This document shows positions 45,628 to 59,700 of a stretch of DNA of 64,000 bases, one piece after another. Each line of letters starts with the position of its first letter. Within the stretch, counting starts at the first letter, position 1. The DNA is taken from contig OZ237764.1 in the NCBI GenBank assembly GCA_965178125.1, positions 1 through 64,000 of the forward strand, given 5' to 3'. The notes under the pieces are model-generated. The model searched no databases, was not told the DNA's origin, and saw only the letters and a list, made by a program, of their open reading frames with translations. Origin of the DNA: Bilabrum cf. latius. Lineage: Eukaryota. The translations under genes were made by a program, and so were the position numbers.

Positions 45628-47163
45628 TCAGTGCAGCACGAATAGTCGCGGGAACGCAGCAATGGCTGCCTCGACCAGGTCCATGCCATCCACTGCAGCC
45701 CCACCGGGCAGGAGCTCTGATTGCGCTCCCGCAGCGACCTCACGACCTACCTCCGACATTCCCCTAGCTCCTGCTGCGTACGGTGCGACTGCTTGCACTA
45801 TCTAACCCGCTGCGACGGAGCACGTGGGCAGTACTTGGCGCGTTAGATATGCCCCCTGCTTGCCGCACGGCCCTATATGCTTTGCCGAGCTACCTGTTCC
45901 CGAATCGGGATAAGAGCCAAGCCGTGGAGAAGTAGCATAGTCCCGCGTACTCAGTACTGAGTCATCAAGGGGGGGGCACATCAGCGGCTTCGGCTCCCGT
46001 GCAAGCAGCACGCCCATCGCCAGTGCCCACTGCAGGGCATCCACAGCCTCTGTCGCGCTGAGCACATACGGATCTATCCCACTTGCCCCGGGCTAAGCAG
46101 CTGAACCAGACAGCCTCCACGGTGACTTGATCAGGCCACCCAGAGTTTCGCATCCGCTGCCTAGCACGCCTAGCAAAGACGCGAGGCGCACCCCAGCTGG
46201 CAAGTCCTACGCCCACACACTGGAGTCTAGCTGCAGCGGGAGTGCAGCAGACAGTCGCCGCCTAGACGGAACAAATCGTGTGTGGCTACCGACGGGGGCG
46301 CTAAGGAGAGACCCAAAGCCGTGCATGTCCAACCAGCCCGCCGCAGCCAGCACGTGGGCGAGGGGGACTCCAGCCAACGCCGCGGTGCGCTGCAGAGATA
46401 TCGTAGGGTGTGCTCGCGCGAGAACAAGCACTGCTGTGCGGCCAGCCGACCCTGACAGTGCTTGAAGCGCTGGCAATGTGGCGTCAATCACATCTCTGTG
46501 CGTGCCCGAGTGGTTGGGCAACGGAGCCGTCCGTGTGTCGTCCTGTCCCCTTCGAGCCTGAGCGAGCCTGACTCGCAGAGCAAGGGCTTGGTGCGGCTGC
46601 GGGGCAGAGGCACCGAATAACAGCCCCAAGGGTCTTTGCCGCACGCTCCCTGCGTCGGCTGTGGCGAGGGGCATTCTCGAAGAGGGCGCGCATGCCATCC
46701 GAAGCACCGCGAGCAGGGGCTCCAGCCCAAGAGCGACGGCGGCTCGCTGGTCCCTGCGGCTTGCAAACATGCCAAGCGAGCCGGCACGCGCGAGCCGTTC
46801 GTTGTGTACGGAGAAGTTAGTGGTTGCCTCGCGCAAGTGTCCCTCGTGCAAGAAGCCCGCCTCACCGTGACCTGTAGCGAGCTGCATGGCAGGGCTAGGG
46901 TCGCCTCGAGCGGATGCGACCGCTTCCTGGCTCGCCATGCAGGCCGAGCACCGCCAAGTGGCCCATCTGACATGAGACAATGACAAGGTACTCATAGAAA
47001 CGCTGTCGATGTTGGGTGCACCGGCAGTGCGCGCTGCATGACCAGCAGTGTACTTCCCAGAAGCCAAGATGTCCAGAGATGACGTCACAGCCACGGACCG
47101 CACCGCACCAGAGCTGCTCGAAGACGGCCGGTCACTGGCTAGATGACTTAACTAGTTTGGCAT
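45628..47163 (-). CDS. Hypothetical protein with weak resemblance to NPRL3/Npr3 (GATOR1); start uncertain
   Basis: Same-frame ORFs 46207..47103 and 45802..46065 are linked through TAG; TGA at 45628-30; PHQALAL...PTISLQRTAALAGVPLAHVLAAAGWL recalls the Npr3 PYHALLL...LQQLA...VFQLAAHL pattern. Confidence 0.45.
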
Positions 47164-47700
47164 GCCACTACTACCTTCTTCTGGTTTGACCCGTATTCGA
47201 TCGCGGTCACTGCCTCGTCCAGATCCTTGCTCCCATGGGGGGGTGCTTGCTTGATCTGCTCTGGCCACCGGCACGCCTACCCGCGGGCTCTACCCCGGCT
47301 CTAAGAACCCGCGCGACTACACATTTGATGTGCACTGAATGAAAACTTGCGAATCTGCAGTGAATTCAAGAATTCCTCCAGAGAGCCTTGGTCGGGCGGG
47401 AAATAGAGCCTAGAGCGCCCTCATAGATGGAGCCTCCAGCGGAACCAGAATCCATGCCATATCAGACTCATTGAACACAAAGCGTGCTACGATTCTGCGG
47501 TATATCGGGGAGAAATTAGGAGCACTATCTTGCTGAGATTTGAAGTCACACGTTCATGCAGCATTTTGGTCTCTAACAGTCGTCCCTTCAAGGCATGGTC
47601 AAGAGAAACTACTACCCAAATCATTTCACGACCGATATCATGGCTTCAATTGATTGCTGTCTTTTGTGAGGCTGCCCGCTTGACCACGCTGCGGAACCGA

Positions 47701-50700
47701 ATGGCGCGGCGCCATGAAACGGGCAAGACAGGTAATCCATGCTAGACAGCTAGTCTTTTTATCAACCACCACATGATTAGCATACTTATACCATGAAAAG
47801 TGTTACAGGAAGCGACCATGCGATTAAAGCAAAGGGGCTGTGGGCATTGCAGACTCTTTCGAACGTCGCGTCCGCCGCTGAGCAACGCGGATTGCGTTTG
47901 CAGCTATCTGTGGTCGAGACTGCTATGGTGGATGATGGAATGCCATCTACAATACTATCATCACTGGAGGACGGTGGATTCCGTTCTTATGATTTAGCTC
48001 GGTCTGGAGCTGTGCCTGGGGCTGCCGCCACCGGTGCAGCCGAGTTGCAAAGACGAGTGGAACTCGTCATGCACCGCTTTGATGTATTCCTGAAACGAGT
48101 TGGAGCTCCATGTCACGACGATGCTGATGCACCATTCTGTTTTGCGTGGCGCACAAGTGGGGATGTAAAGTCGCTGTCGCGAGCCGAAGCGCAGCGGTTG
48201 TTGCTAGATTCCAGCTGGATGCGAGGTGCCGCCGCGCTGTAGCCAATACCAATTACACGATAGGTATGTTCAGCACTGTATGAACGCCGTCGCACTCTAG
48301 TAGGCACTCGTGTAGCTCCGGGTGCATCGCTGGTTGGAAGCGATCCAGCAATCGACGAGGAGGTAGCGGCAGCGGCTGGGGGCAGCTAGGACGGCGGCAG
48401 AGAAGCCCATGAGGCTGCAGCCAGGCTCGCTAAATTACTTCAAATTGCCCATGCAGAAGGAATGGTTGGGACATCATCTAGGGGAGTGCATCCGTGGCTG
48501 TCCCAGCCCGGAGGCGAGGGGCAGGCAGCATCCAGTTGGATCGTCACTGCGGGACCGGGGGCGCCCCCCCTGGCCGGACTGGACGATAGAACCGCAAAAC
48601 GCGAGGCTGGAGGTACGCGTGTGGGTGCATCAGGCAGGGCGAGTAGGCGGCGGAGCAGTGCTGGTTTGGAAAGGGGCGCGGACAGCACCGAGGGAGACGA
48701 CTCCGGTGATGAGTTGACTGCAGCGGGGTAGGGCAAGCGGTGCACTCGAGTGAGGGTGCTGCGGCTGCTTGCGCGCTTTGCAAGGACCCCTGATGGTGTA
48801 CTGAGGCTCACAGGGGTGGCAGATGCCGCCCTGCAGCACATGCAGATGCCGGCCCCCGTGCGGGTGGTGATGGATCCTGCCTTGGCGCGGGCACAGGCAG
48901 CCGAGGAGGCGGTGCGGGCGGCGGATGAGGCCGAGGTGGCCTTCAGGGAACAGCTGAGGCTCGGTTAGGAGAGGGGAGTGGGCTTGGCGGAATCATTCGC
49001 GCATTTTGATCCGACGGGCCGGGGGTGGGTGGACGACGAGGCGCTTGAGGAGGGGCTGCGGCAGCTCGGGCTGGAGCTGCACCCCATGTCCATGAGGCTG
49101 CTGGGCGAGAGGTTCATCCGAAATGCACGGGGTCGCATCACCCTCAAGTCTTTTCTGACCTTCGCACAGGCCGCTACCACTTCCTAGGACACAGGGGCCG
49201 GTCTAGTGGACTCGTCTGGCGGAGCGGTAGGGCAGCCACCCCCAGTCGCACCCGGCGTGGCTGGCGAGCGGCCGTTACCTCGTGACGGCACTGAAACCCT
49301 ACTTGATGCTCGGAACGATGCGAGTGAGGGAATTGGGGCAAGAGATCCCCGAGAGCTGGCCGCTACTGTGAGGCTGCCAGTGGGCGGCAGCGATGCGGCC
49401 GAAGGAGGGAGCACCGAGGGGGGCGCACAGGCTGGTGGTAGCACTGTGGAAGGCGATGACATCAATGATGCGGCTTCCCAGGCGCGCTCCTCAAGCGTTG
49501 TTCGAGTCCTGCAAGATGCCCGCCGCGAGGCCAGCGCGGGGGTGTTTGCTGGTGACGAGCAGCTGGCGGAGCTGCAGGCTGTGGTCCGCGTGCCATACGC
49601 GAGTGGTGATGCGTGGCAAGGTCAGTCCAAGGCAGCGCGGCAAGCTGCTCTGTCTGCGCACCCTGCGACTGTGCTGCAAGGCGAGTTGGCGGAGGAGCAT
49701 GCCAAGATGACCCGGGAGAGACGGGCGCGGTTGGCCAAGCACAGCAACGCTCGGAGCGGGCTGGGCCCCACCAAGCGTGAGCTCGGGCTGCTGGGTCCCT
49801 CTGAGGACGGCCGCCATCGCGATCTGGAGGGAGTGCTGGTGGATGCGATGCAGAAGCTCGATGCAGAGGATCCCGACGATGCGTTTCACCGGAGCAGCAT
49901 AGGGAGGAGGAACAGGCGCCTTGCGCGGGCAGCTGGACACTAGCGGCTAGACGGGGGTGGCACGTCCAGGGGTGCTGTGACCGAGTCCAAGCATGCATCT
50001 CGCGCTACAAACTCAAAATCAAGGAAAGAACGTAGCACTAAGGGGAGGCGGGGAAGGCACGCGCTGCCACCAGGTATACGTCCGCCCGTGCCCCTGCAGG
50101 AGGCCATGCCGTTGCACCCTATACGACCGAAACCCGATACCACAGTGGTGTCGGTCCGGGCGAAACCAGAGGAACCCCGTGGATTCGGCATTGTGGCACC
50201 AGCTTCCGAGGGAAGCGGGGGCAGCGATCTGTCGGACGAAAAGAACCGCCGAGGCGGAGTTGCAGGGATCCAACGAGCGGGCAGTGTTTCCAACTTGCCA
50301 TCCAGAACACCTACTGAGGCCGCCATGGCAATGATTGCCCGCACGAAGGATTTAACGAAAGGTATCGAGCTCGGTATGCAGACTGCGTGGGGCGAGGGGG
50401 GCGACAGCAGCGATTGGCGGTAGGCTCAGAAGTATGCTGGGCCTGCCAGGGGAAGGCTAAGCAAAGCACGGGGCAACAGGCGTCGCAGGCGCGGCCGAGG
50501 TGCGGCTGCTGATCTCGGGAAGTCGCCGTTTGCCGCATCCCTCCCGGCATGGGCAAGAGGCCCATCGAAGCGCAACGTGAGCGAAACCATGGCCACGCTG
50601 TCGCAGTCAGCTCGGGCGCATGTGGAGGAGGTCGCCGACGAGGCGGAGAAGTCCTTGCAGGCGCGACGGAGACGGCCCGGAGGTGGGAGGCAGCTTGCAA

Positions 50701-53700
50701 GGAACAGGCGCGAAGTGGTGCGAGAATTGCTGGACGGCAAGCATCCAGTTGCAACCAAAGATCGCAGGAGACGGTCTCGCATGGACGATGAGTTGAAGCG
50801 GGTCGGAGCTGAGGTGAGCCAGCAGGTTGAGGCAGCTCAAAGGGCAGAGGCCTCAAGGCAAGGGCTCGGAGACAACGATATGCAGCCCTTCCTGGTGTCG
50901 GGTCGCCTCGGGGATGGAGATCGAGACGATAGCGGTGACACGACGCGCCTCATGCTCACAACAACAAATCCGCTTCCAGTCGATGCACGGGTGCCTGCAG
51001 GAGCTGACGCACTTATTGCATACGGAGCTAGCCCGAGCAATGCCCGAGTATTCATGCGTGGCGTAAGCGTTGATGGCCAGCCACTACCTCGCGGGCGCGC
51101 TCCCCACGCTGCTGATAGGCTCCCGTACTAGCGGTTTCGTTATGATGAGGGAACAGAGCTTCTTTACCACGTCGTTCGAGGACCAGAGTATCGGGTCACT
51201 CTGGACGGAGCCATCGATGCCAAGTATGCCGAGGACGCCCCGAGGAAATCGGGTCTAGGAGCCATGTACCGGTGCGTGACAGGCGCGCCGCGGTATCCAG
51301 GGGGTCGAGGGGCTTCTCCGTATGCGAGTGGTAGGCCGGTTGACCTCATGTACGTGCCTGGCATGCACGAAGACATGCATGGCATCGAATCGCAGCTTCG
51401 GTCGCTTGCATGCAAGCTGCCAGGGTGCCGCGTGCTGGTGATGCACCTGCCTGGAATGGCTGGAACGACGTGGGACGAGTGGCCGGACTATTTGGACGCA
51501 AGCAAAGCGATTGAAGAGGTGGGATCAACTGCCGAGAGGTATGATGCCCTCCTGGAGCGATAGATGGCGGCTCGGGGGTCCGAATCCAAGGCGAGCAGCA
51601 GAGACCGCCAAACCGCCAAACCTGGTCAACAGAAGGGAGTGGGCGACAATCCATCTCGCAAACGGTCGTATCGCCCTCTAACCCCGCGGTTTCATAGTCT
51701 TTGTCTGCACGCACTCGTCCAGCACCTGAGGACCACGGGTGAGTGGGGGCCCAAGTCCGTGTAGGATCCACGCACTGATGCGTTCGAGAAGACTAGGGGT
51801 CGAATTGGCCGAGACGTAGTCATCTGTGCATCTGGAACCAGTACGCCTGTCGCTAATGCTTATGTGGGCGAGCACGTGTGCAAGCGCTCTGTGGACCAGC
51901 AGGACAGAATCATGGCGTCTGCATTGCGGTGCAACGTGCTAATCAACCCATTCGCTCACGTCAACAAGTCCCTGGCGCGGGTCCTGGAGGGCGTGGAAGA
52001 CTCGCATGCGCCTCTCGCAGAGCTTGCAAAGCTACCACAATAGCAACCTAGGCGCTCTTCTGTTGCGAGCATCGATTCGACTAGTCCTGCTGCATTGAAG
52101 GCAGCAGTTGGAAGGCGATCGTCGGCCGGCGGGCGGCGGCCATCGATTGGTGGCGCTTCGGCAGCCACGGGAGCCACCGACATGGGCTCCGTTGCGACTC
52201 GCAGGACAGCTAGACGTGCTAGCGTAGTATCCAAGAAGCGCATCAAACGAGAGGTCGCTATGAGGAAGCGACTTGGGGTTACCTTTGAGCAGCATCCGTA
52301 CTACCGACCGGTGAAGGAGTCTAACCACGACAGTGCAGACGAGTCTGACAGCAGTGATGGGGGCGAGGACGAGGATAGGAATGGGGCGGCAGGTGATGCA
52401 GACTTGGCAGCATACGACTTTGACGCAGCTGTAAGGCGGTTGGAGCAGACCCAGAGCAAGGAGAGCAGTGCTTCTCGTCAAGCTGACAAGGAGGTGGATT
52501 GGGTCCGGTCTGCTCCGGACGCCTCTGGCTTGTTCGGCGGTCCAAATGGCAGCAGCCATTCGAGTAGCAAACGAGGCTAGTCAGCGGAGAAGCTATTGGC
52601 GCTTCGGCCTATCAGGGCGCATGCTATCAGGCAACTGTCTCGCATGCTCCTGGGCCCTTCATTTGTGTCCGTGATGGGCGAGCGCATCGCTCTCAAGGAG
52701 CTCTTCCGAAGGAATCCACCGCTGGGTTACGGTGATCCGTTCTTAGATGATGGTCTCGCTGCCATGGCACGCGGGCTTAGACGAACGCGGGATCAGCGAC
52801 AGACCCTCAAGTAGCTTCCAATTCCAGTCCTTGTGCTGGCGGGCAGTGAGGACGCATTCGTGGTACCACTCCATGCGTACAACATCGCTCGCAATCGCGG
52901 GTTGCAAGGCGGAGGGAGTGGGCGTGTGAACGATGAGGATAGCGGTGGCTTCAATCTAGGTGAGTTCCTTCAGGTGGCTGGCTAGCCCCCCAGGCGGTCG
53001 TGCCTGTCGATGTACCTCTTGGACAACGATGGTGCATCGCAGGGTGCGGTCGAGGGGTCTGTCAGCGGCAGTCCAGACACATCCAAAGTTGACGAACAAG
53101 GAGATGCGCTAGATAGACTTGAGTAGACGCAGAAAAAGCTTGCTAGCGAGTCTGGGGGTGGTGTTGATGGAGGCACGAGGGTTGGCACCGCCGCGATTCG
53201 AGACAGTGACTTTGATCTGTACTCGTCTGAGCATGTTGGAGGTGGTATCACTGGCACGCTCTACCCCACTCACGTTGCCTGGCTGAAGGCTGGACATTGC
53301 TTACTATTGGAGAGACCGGGATTCTGCATGAGGGTGCTCGAGGCAGCGCTGGTTGGACACAACCAAGACAGGCCCAGCACGCCCCCGCCACGCGGTTCAC
53401 TGTTGACTGCAGAAGAACGAACCGCGATTGGAATTCTGGGTCCAGAGGACAGCAGCGTGGGTTATCTTGGCGAGAAGCATGACGGCGCAGAACCAGATGT
53501 TTCCGTGTCTCAGGCACCTAGGCGCGCGTATGGGACTGAAGTTTACGGGCAGACCACGGATCGCTTTCTGTCAGACACTCAAGTAGAGGCTGCTGGTACC
53601 CGTGGAATACTCAAGGGTACCAGAAGGGATACCCCTGCAGGCACACCCTTCAGTCTCGCGGAGGATGACATGACTTGGGAGTCTGGCCAGGCTGGGCAAT

Positions 53701-56700
53701 CGGTGCGTTTCGGCTCCACGGCAGGTGCAGCATAGTACACCTAGTCTTCGGTTGGCTCGGCTCAAAGGCACAACGATTTTGGTATCGCTGGTGCCGATGA
53801 GCAGGTAAAATCTGGAACTGCAGCTGGGAATTCATCTGAAGCACAGAGTAACGAGGACGACCCTGCCGTTGCCCGAGTGCGGGCTGAGCTTCGGGCCCGC
53901 GGACTGTCGGATGAGGGCACGGAGTTCGACTTGCTGGCTCGGCTGGAAGAGGCGCTGGACAGCGAGATGCAGACTGCTGCCACCAGGACCGACAAGGCCA
54001 GGAAGGACAGGGTGTCTCGGCTGCAGAAGACGAAGCGTATTGAACTTGAGGCGCAGGCGCGCTCGAAAGAGTCGACGCGTTAGGAAAAGCAGCTGCTGGG
54101 CACAGAGGCTATGCAGGCGAAACAGGCCATGGACCGACTGCACCGGGGAGTGGAAAACGAGCAAGAGGCCCACGAGCGAAGACTTATGGCTGTCGAAGAC
54201 TCGATAGCTCGGGATGTTGCTGCCTAGCTAGCTGCACGGGAGCGTCGCGAGTAGGAAGACAAGGAGTAGCAGGAGCGTTTCGCGGCTGCACGTGCTAGTG
54301 AATAGGAGTCTGGTGGCTAGCTGGTTGTGTTTGACCCACTCGGGGATGCCGACCAAGCCAAGGCGTTCGAGCGCAGGCGGCAACTGCGGCGCGCAATGGA
54401 GCTCAAGAGCGAGAGGGCCGTTCGTGCGCTGGAGGTCAGGCAGCGAGTGGGTGGGCGCATGCTTCAGCTGCGGGGCGAGGACCTGGGCTACGCAATGACG
54501 GACGCCGAGGAAGAGGTAGAGGTGGAGGCTCGGGCGGAGCGAGACAGAGCTATGGGCAGACTCGAGTCATGGCTTGCTGAAGAAGAGGCGAAAGAAGCAG
54601 GCAGCGGCGATAGCGTCCCCGAGGAAGAGCGCGGAATGGATCGCAAGGGAAGGCGGGCGCTCAAGGTGCTCCGGAGGCAGGCACGGCTGCACGACACGGT
54701 ACTTAAGCTTGCAGCTGGATCTGACCGCCTGATGCAGCACTGCCAGTAGCTGCGCTTCAAACGGCGAGGCGTAGTGCGCCGATGGAAGCTTTTGTTCGCT
54801 CGTCAGAAGGAGCAGCAAGATTAGACGCGACGCAGGCAGCGTGAGGTGTCTGCATGTGACCGCGCACTTGCACTTGCCTAGAAAGAAAAAGATGCAGTCG
54901 AAGCTAGCCTGTAGTAGGGAGGTGGGAACCGGGTATTGTAGCAATAGATGCTGCAAACGTCTTCTGCAGAAATCGAGCAGCTGATCAAGTATAAGGACGA
55001 GCAGCGGGCGTTCGTCGACGCTTTGGTCGACAAAGGTAAGCTCCTGCAGCTCGAGCTGGAGGACTCGACCGCCGCGGCGCAAATGCTCGTCAACTCGAGC
55101 AATGCCAAAGAGGGCGCTCTTACCCGCATGCGGATTGTGATGAGCAAGCTTGTCAGATAGCGGCGGATTGCTCGTCGTGATGCGCAGGAGAAGCAAGACT
55201 CTGCCATGCAAGAAGCTGCGCAGCTCGTTCGCAGCTTGGCTTCCCTGAAAGCCCGGAAGCAGGCGATGCGGTCGGAGCTGAGCAGATGCAAGAAGGAGAA
55301 GCAATCAATGTGGATCGACACGTCCATCTGGCAGCGGACAGGCCAGCGTATCCGTCGCTCTGAACTCAAGGAATACCTTCGCAGAGAGCTCAAGAAGGTT
55401 CGCAATGACATTGGAATGCAGACCCGTGACCTGCGGCACAATCGTGCTGTTGCCCTGGAATGTGATGCGGTGCTCTCTGCCGCTCAGGAAGACGTGTCTA
55501 TGCTAATCAGCCGTTTGCGGCGTGTTGTGGAATGTATCCGTGCCGGCCCCTCTGGTCCACTGCGACTGCCGAGTGCTCTGGAGATGCAGGCCTCTGCCAG
55601 TGGTGCATCGGGCGGTGGGGGGGAGCAGGACCTTCTCGACGAGCTGGAGGCCCAGGTGGCGGGGGGGCCCGGCACCATGGGCAGCACCATTGGCGCTAAA
55701 TAGACTGTTCCTCGCGCTACCCCATACGGCCCGACGCTCTCGGTTGAAGACCAGGAGTAGCAGTGGACGGCCAAGTACAGGTCTAGCTGGGAGGAAGTCG
55801 ACTTGCTGCTGCATGAAGTCCAGAGCAGTGGGGAGAGAATCAGTGAGTTCGGGGCCTGGTATGCTAAAGTGAAGGACGCGCCCCCACCTGTGCCGACCGA
55901 TGAAGCAGCCGGGGGAGGTGCAGGCGGCGAACTGACGGCGGAGGTGCAGTAGAGCTTGCTCAAGGCTTCTGGTGAGGAAGCAGGCGATGCTGGCCCGGAG
56001 CAAAGCGAGGAGGAGGCCGAATAGGACGCCAGCATGTTGAGTAGACCTTCCACTGGGCTGATGAGCTCTACGTCCTAGGCGCTAGTTGACCGGTCGGCAT
56101 CGGCACATGCCGAAACCCTGGTAGGCTTCAGCAGGGGCCCACAGGGTGTCCCGGTTGTCGTGCAAGACCAAACCAAGGTCGCAGCCGCTACACGGTGGAA
56201 GCCGGCTCTCGACCGTACTTTGGAAGAGAAGAGGTGGGTGGCAATCGACAAGCGCATGATGGGTTAGTTCTATGGTAACCTCACCGAGGAAGACCAGCAG
56301 GCATACGCGAGCGATCCTGCTTACCAGTGCCACCTCCCGAGGGATCTGCTGCTTAGGATCGCCGCGTTGCCGTGTTCTCCTGGGATTGCATCGGCATTCA
56401 TTTCGACCGAGGCCCAGATGGAGGCCCATGGGCTCATCACAAAATTCACACTGGGCCAAGGGGAAGACCGAGAGCACTTTCTCGACCAGCTGTCCGGAGC
56501 CAGGGCAATGGCAATGGCAGCAGTGGCCCGGGGATTCGTGGCCCGATCCAAGATGCCACGGTTTAGGAGTGAGGAGGAAAAGGAATGGGTGGCAGCCGAT
56601 CGTGTCCTACGGCCGCACTTATACATTGGCGAAGAAAATGAGCCTGGCGAAGACCGCGAATCCGACGCTGGCGAGCCTGGCACCGATGTGTCTGGGCCTG

Positions 56701-59700
56701 CAGTCAACATGGTGCGGGAAGGCATCCAGGATTTTGTGGAGTCTGGTGGCCCTCTCATTCTCGAGGTCGCAAACAGCGACGATGAGACAGAGGGCGCTAA
56801 GAACCTAGTGGAAGGAGATGGAGATGGTATTAGCGATAGCGGCTCGGAAGAGGATGGTCTACATGCGAGCGGTGCGGCTGCAGCCGATGGAACGAAAGGA
56901 GCTGCTCGAAGGCGAAGCGAGTCCGGACAGCAGGTGCTTTCCGGTGGAACGCGCAGACCCACTGGACGGGCAATGTTCAAGCGCCTGAGTAACTTTAAAG
57001 AGAAGCAGGACTTGTAGGCCGAGGCTGCCAAACGCAAGCTTGCTCGAAGCAAGAAACGGAAAGCTGCATTTGAGTTCTTCGAGGCCACAGATGAGGCCCA
57101 GGGCAGAGGAAATATTGCCGAGCAGACCTTTTCAAGCATAGATGATGTAAGGAGGCGCGAGTTTTTGATGAGGCCCCCTGGTGGAGCACCCCTCGCGTAC
57201 TCGCGAGAACAGCTGCTTGAGCTGCTGCGGACGCCCCCTGGCCAGCTGAAGTCAAAAAGCGAGCAGCGGCTACAGATGCTTCTAATGGCATATGGTAGTG
57301 ATGGCGGGCGGGCCATTTTCGAGATGGCGTCACGGTGCCACTATGCAGTCGTGCGAGGGCTAGCTGAGGTGGCCGAGGCGATGCAGGCTGTGCAGGAACG
57401 GAGGCTGCCGCTGCAGTTGGCAGACTACGCCGAAGAAATGTGCATTGCCGATGCCGATGGGTCGCGCCTTAACGTGGCAGCTGTCGCTATGTAGGCGTGC
57501 CAAGGGCTGGTGCTCGTGCGGTCTAGACACTCGGCAACGCTGCTGTCTGTGCATGGTGCCACCGTGGAGGCCGGTCAGGTCGCAGAGCACTCCTTCGTGG
57601 TACCTGGATCGATCGCAGATTGCGTGGGCCACGGTCCCAGAGGATGGGGCGGGAGCCGGGGCAATGCTACCGCGCGACGTGGGTATGGACACCAGGGCAT
57701 CCGGAGCGTGTTTGGGGTGTCCCTGGACGAGGTACCCGCCGAGCACGCTGCTAGCTTGATCGAAGCTGCAGCTGCTGCTGGGGTCCATGGCACAAACGGC
57801 GCCCGCGCGGAAGGGTCGCAAACGGCCATGCCGGCGTGGTAGGGCAGCATCAATGCTGGTTTAAGCATGGCTTCAGGCACCACACCCTTCGCGGACACGG
57901 ACGAGGTGCCAGGCTTGGGTCGAGTGACGTGGGCCGAGAACTCGGTGAATCGGCAACAGCAGCGAAGTGCCCTGGCTCGCCTGGAGCTGGCCCGCACCAA
58001 AGCGCTGGAGGGCCTGGGCTTGCCAGTGTCCCGCAGCAGAAGGCGGGAAGAGATGCAGCGGAAGGTGGCAGAGCAGGAGGCTGCCATTGAGGAGGCAAAG
58101 CGCGTGAGCCCAGCGGGTTGGGTCCAGTCATCTGTAGCGAGCGCGCGTGGAGAGTCTGCTGATGCAGCGAATGCAGTGGATCGTACAGGCAGCAGCACTT
58201 CCGAGCGCGACAAGTTTGACAGGGACGTTTAGAATGCAAGTCGGGTCAGGGGATTCCTTCGACCTAGTGATATGGATGGGACAGGCTTGGCGGCGCTTCA
58301 GGCAGCCCGTCCAATTGGGAGCACTGGCGATAAGCTGAAGGAAATGGCCAGGTAGGCCGGGTCCAGGCCCGCTGAAGCTGGGGTAGGGGCGACTTCGGGA
58401 GCTGTCAACGCTCTGCACATCACTGGGTCTGCTCCATCGGGATAGGACACCGCTAGAAATAGCTCCATGGACGCTCCCCGTGCCACAACCGCAGAAGAGC
58501 AGCCTCTTGCAATGCCCACGAGTGCCCTGGAGGATGCTCGCTGGGAGAAGCAGCGCTTGGCGGAAGAGGCTCAGCGTAGTGCGCGCGAGCGAGCTGGTAC
58601 CCCTGGAACCCATGATAGTGCCGCACCATCCTAGGGGTTCGGCTAGGGCACGCCCGAAGAAGAGGACGGCGAGGAGGTTGACCCAGCACTCAGGCCCCGC
58701 ACCAGATATGAGCACGAGACGGGTGTACCTGGTGTGTTGCCTCAAGCGCTTGATATATCTGTGACCATCACATTCCATGGGGAGTTCCTGCGGACAGAGT
58801 ATGTCCCAGCCCGGCTGTAGGGAGTGCTGTACAGGGAGCCAATGTGCGGGGAAGTGGCCACTGACCTGAGGGAGCCGGTGGCATATCTGGGCGAAGACCA
58901 CGCCGACGAGCTGGACAAAATGCACGGCGATTCAATACTGATAAGGCAAGGGAATCCCATGGAAGACATGCCAGGGGGACCCGCTGCCGTGTATACCGCG
59001 CGACAACGTGGGCGACCACCCGTGCATCCCAACATGTCCTCGCATCTTGCACCAAGCGCCTAGTCCAGCCAGGCAGAGCGTGGCAGTGCGGTCAAGACCC
59101 CTCGGGAGAGGCATGCTCGGTTAGAAGTGCCGCCGTAGGAGAGATTAGCAGGATAGATGTGGCCAAAGCTTCGAATGGGAGGGCCTGTGAGCGTTGGAGT
59201 TGTGCCTCTATCTGGAGAAGCCACACAGCTATTGCGTGCCGTGGCCGGCCCGTCCAACCACGAGACGAAGGCTTACGACCCATCGAAAGGGGCGCAAGGC
59301 GCCAGCGTGCTCGACGCGAGTAGCCAAGGGCCCGATTGGGGAGGAGCTGCCTCGCGCGCCCAGGCATCTTCGGCATAGCACGGCCTCGCACTTGCAGCCA
59401 GGAAAGCAGGGCCCGCCGAGCTTGGTGTAGCCAACGGACAGCTGGGAGCCTCGAATCAAATCAGTAGCAGTGCTGTCTACACTGGCCCGAGGGTCGATGT
59501 GGCAGGTACCTCGCTACATGACCTCCAGGTGAGCGGGGCCAGGACTGGCAGCATCGCCACAACAATCGTGACCCCCGAGCAGCTGCCTCCACTCGCTCGG
59601 CCCGTGCCGCGACTGCCAGGGGTGCCATCTGACCAAGTAGTGGCGCAAATGCGTTGCCCAGTAGGCTGGTCGTCCTGGTAGGAGTGCAAACCAAACACAA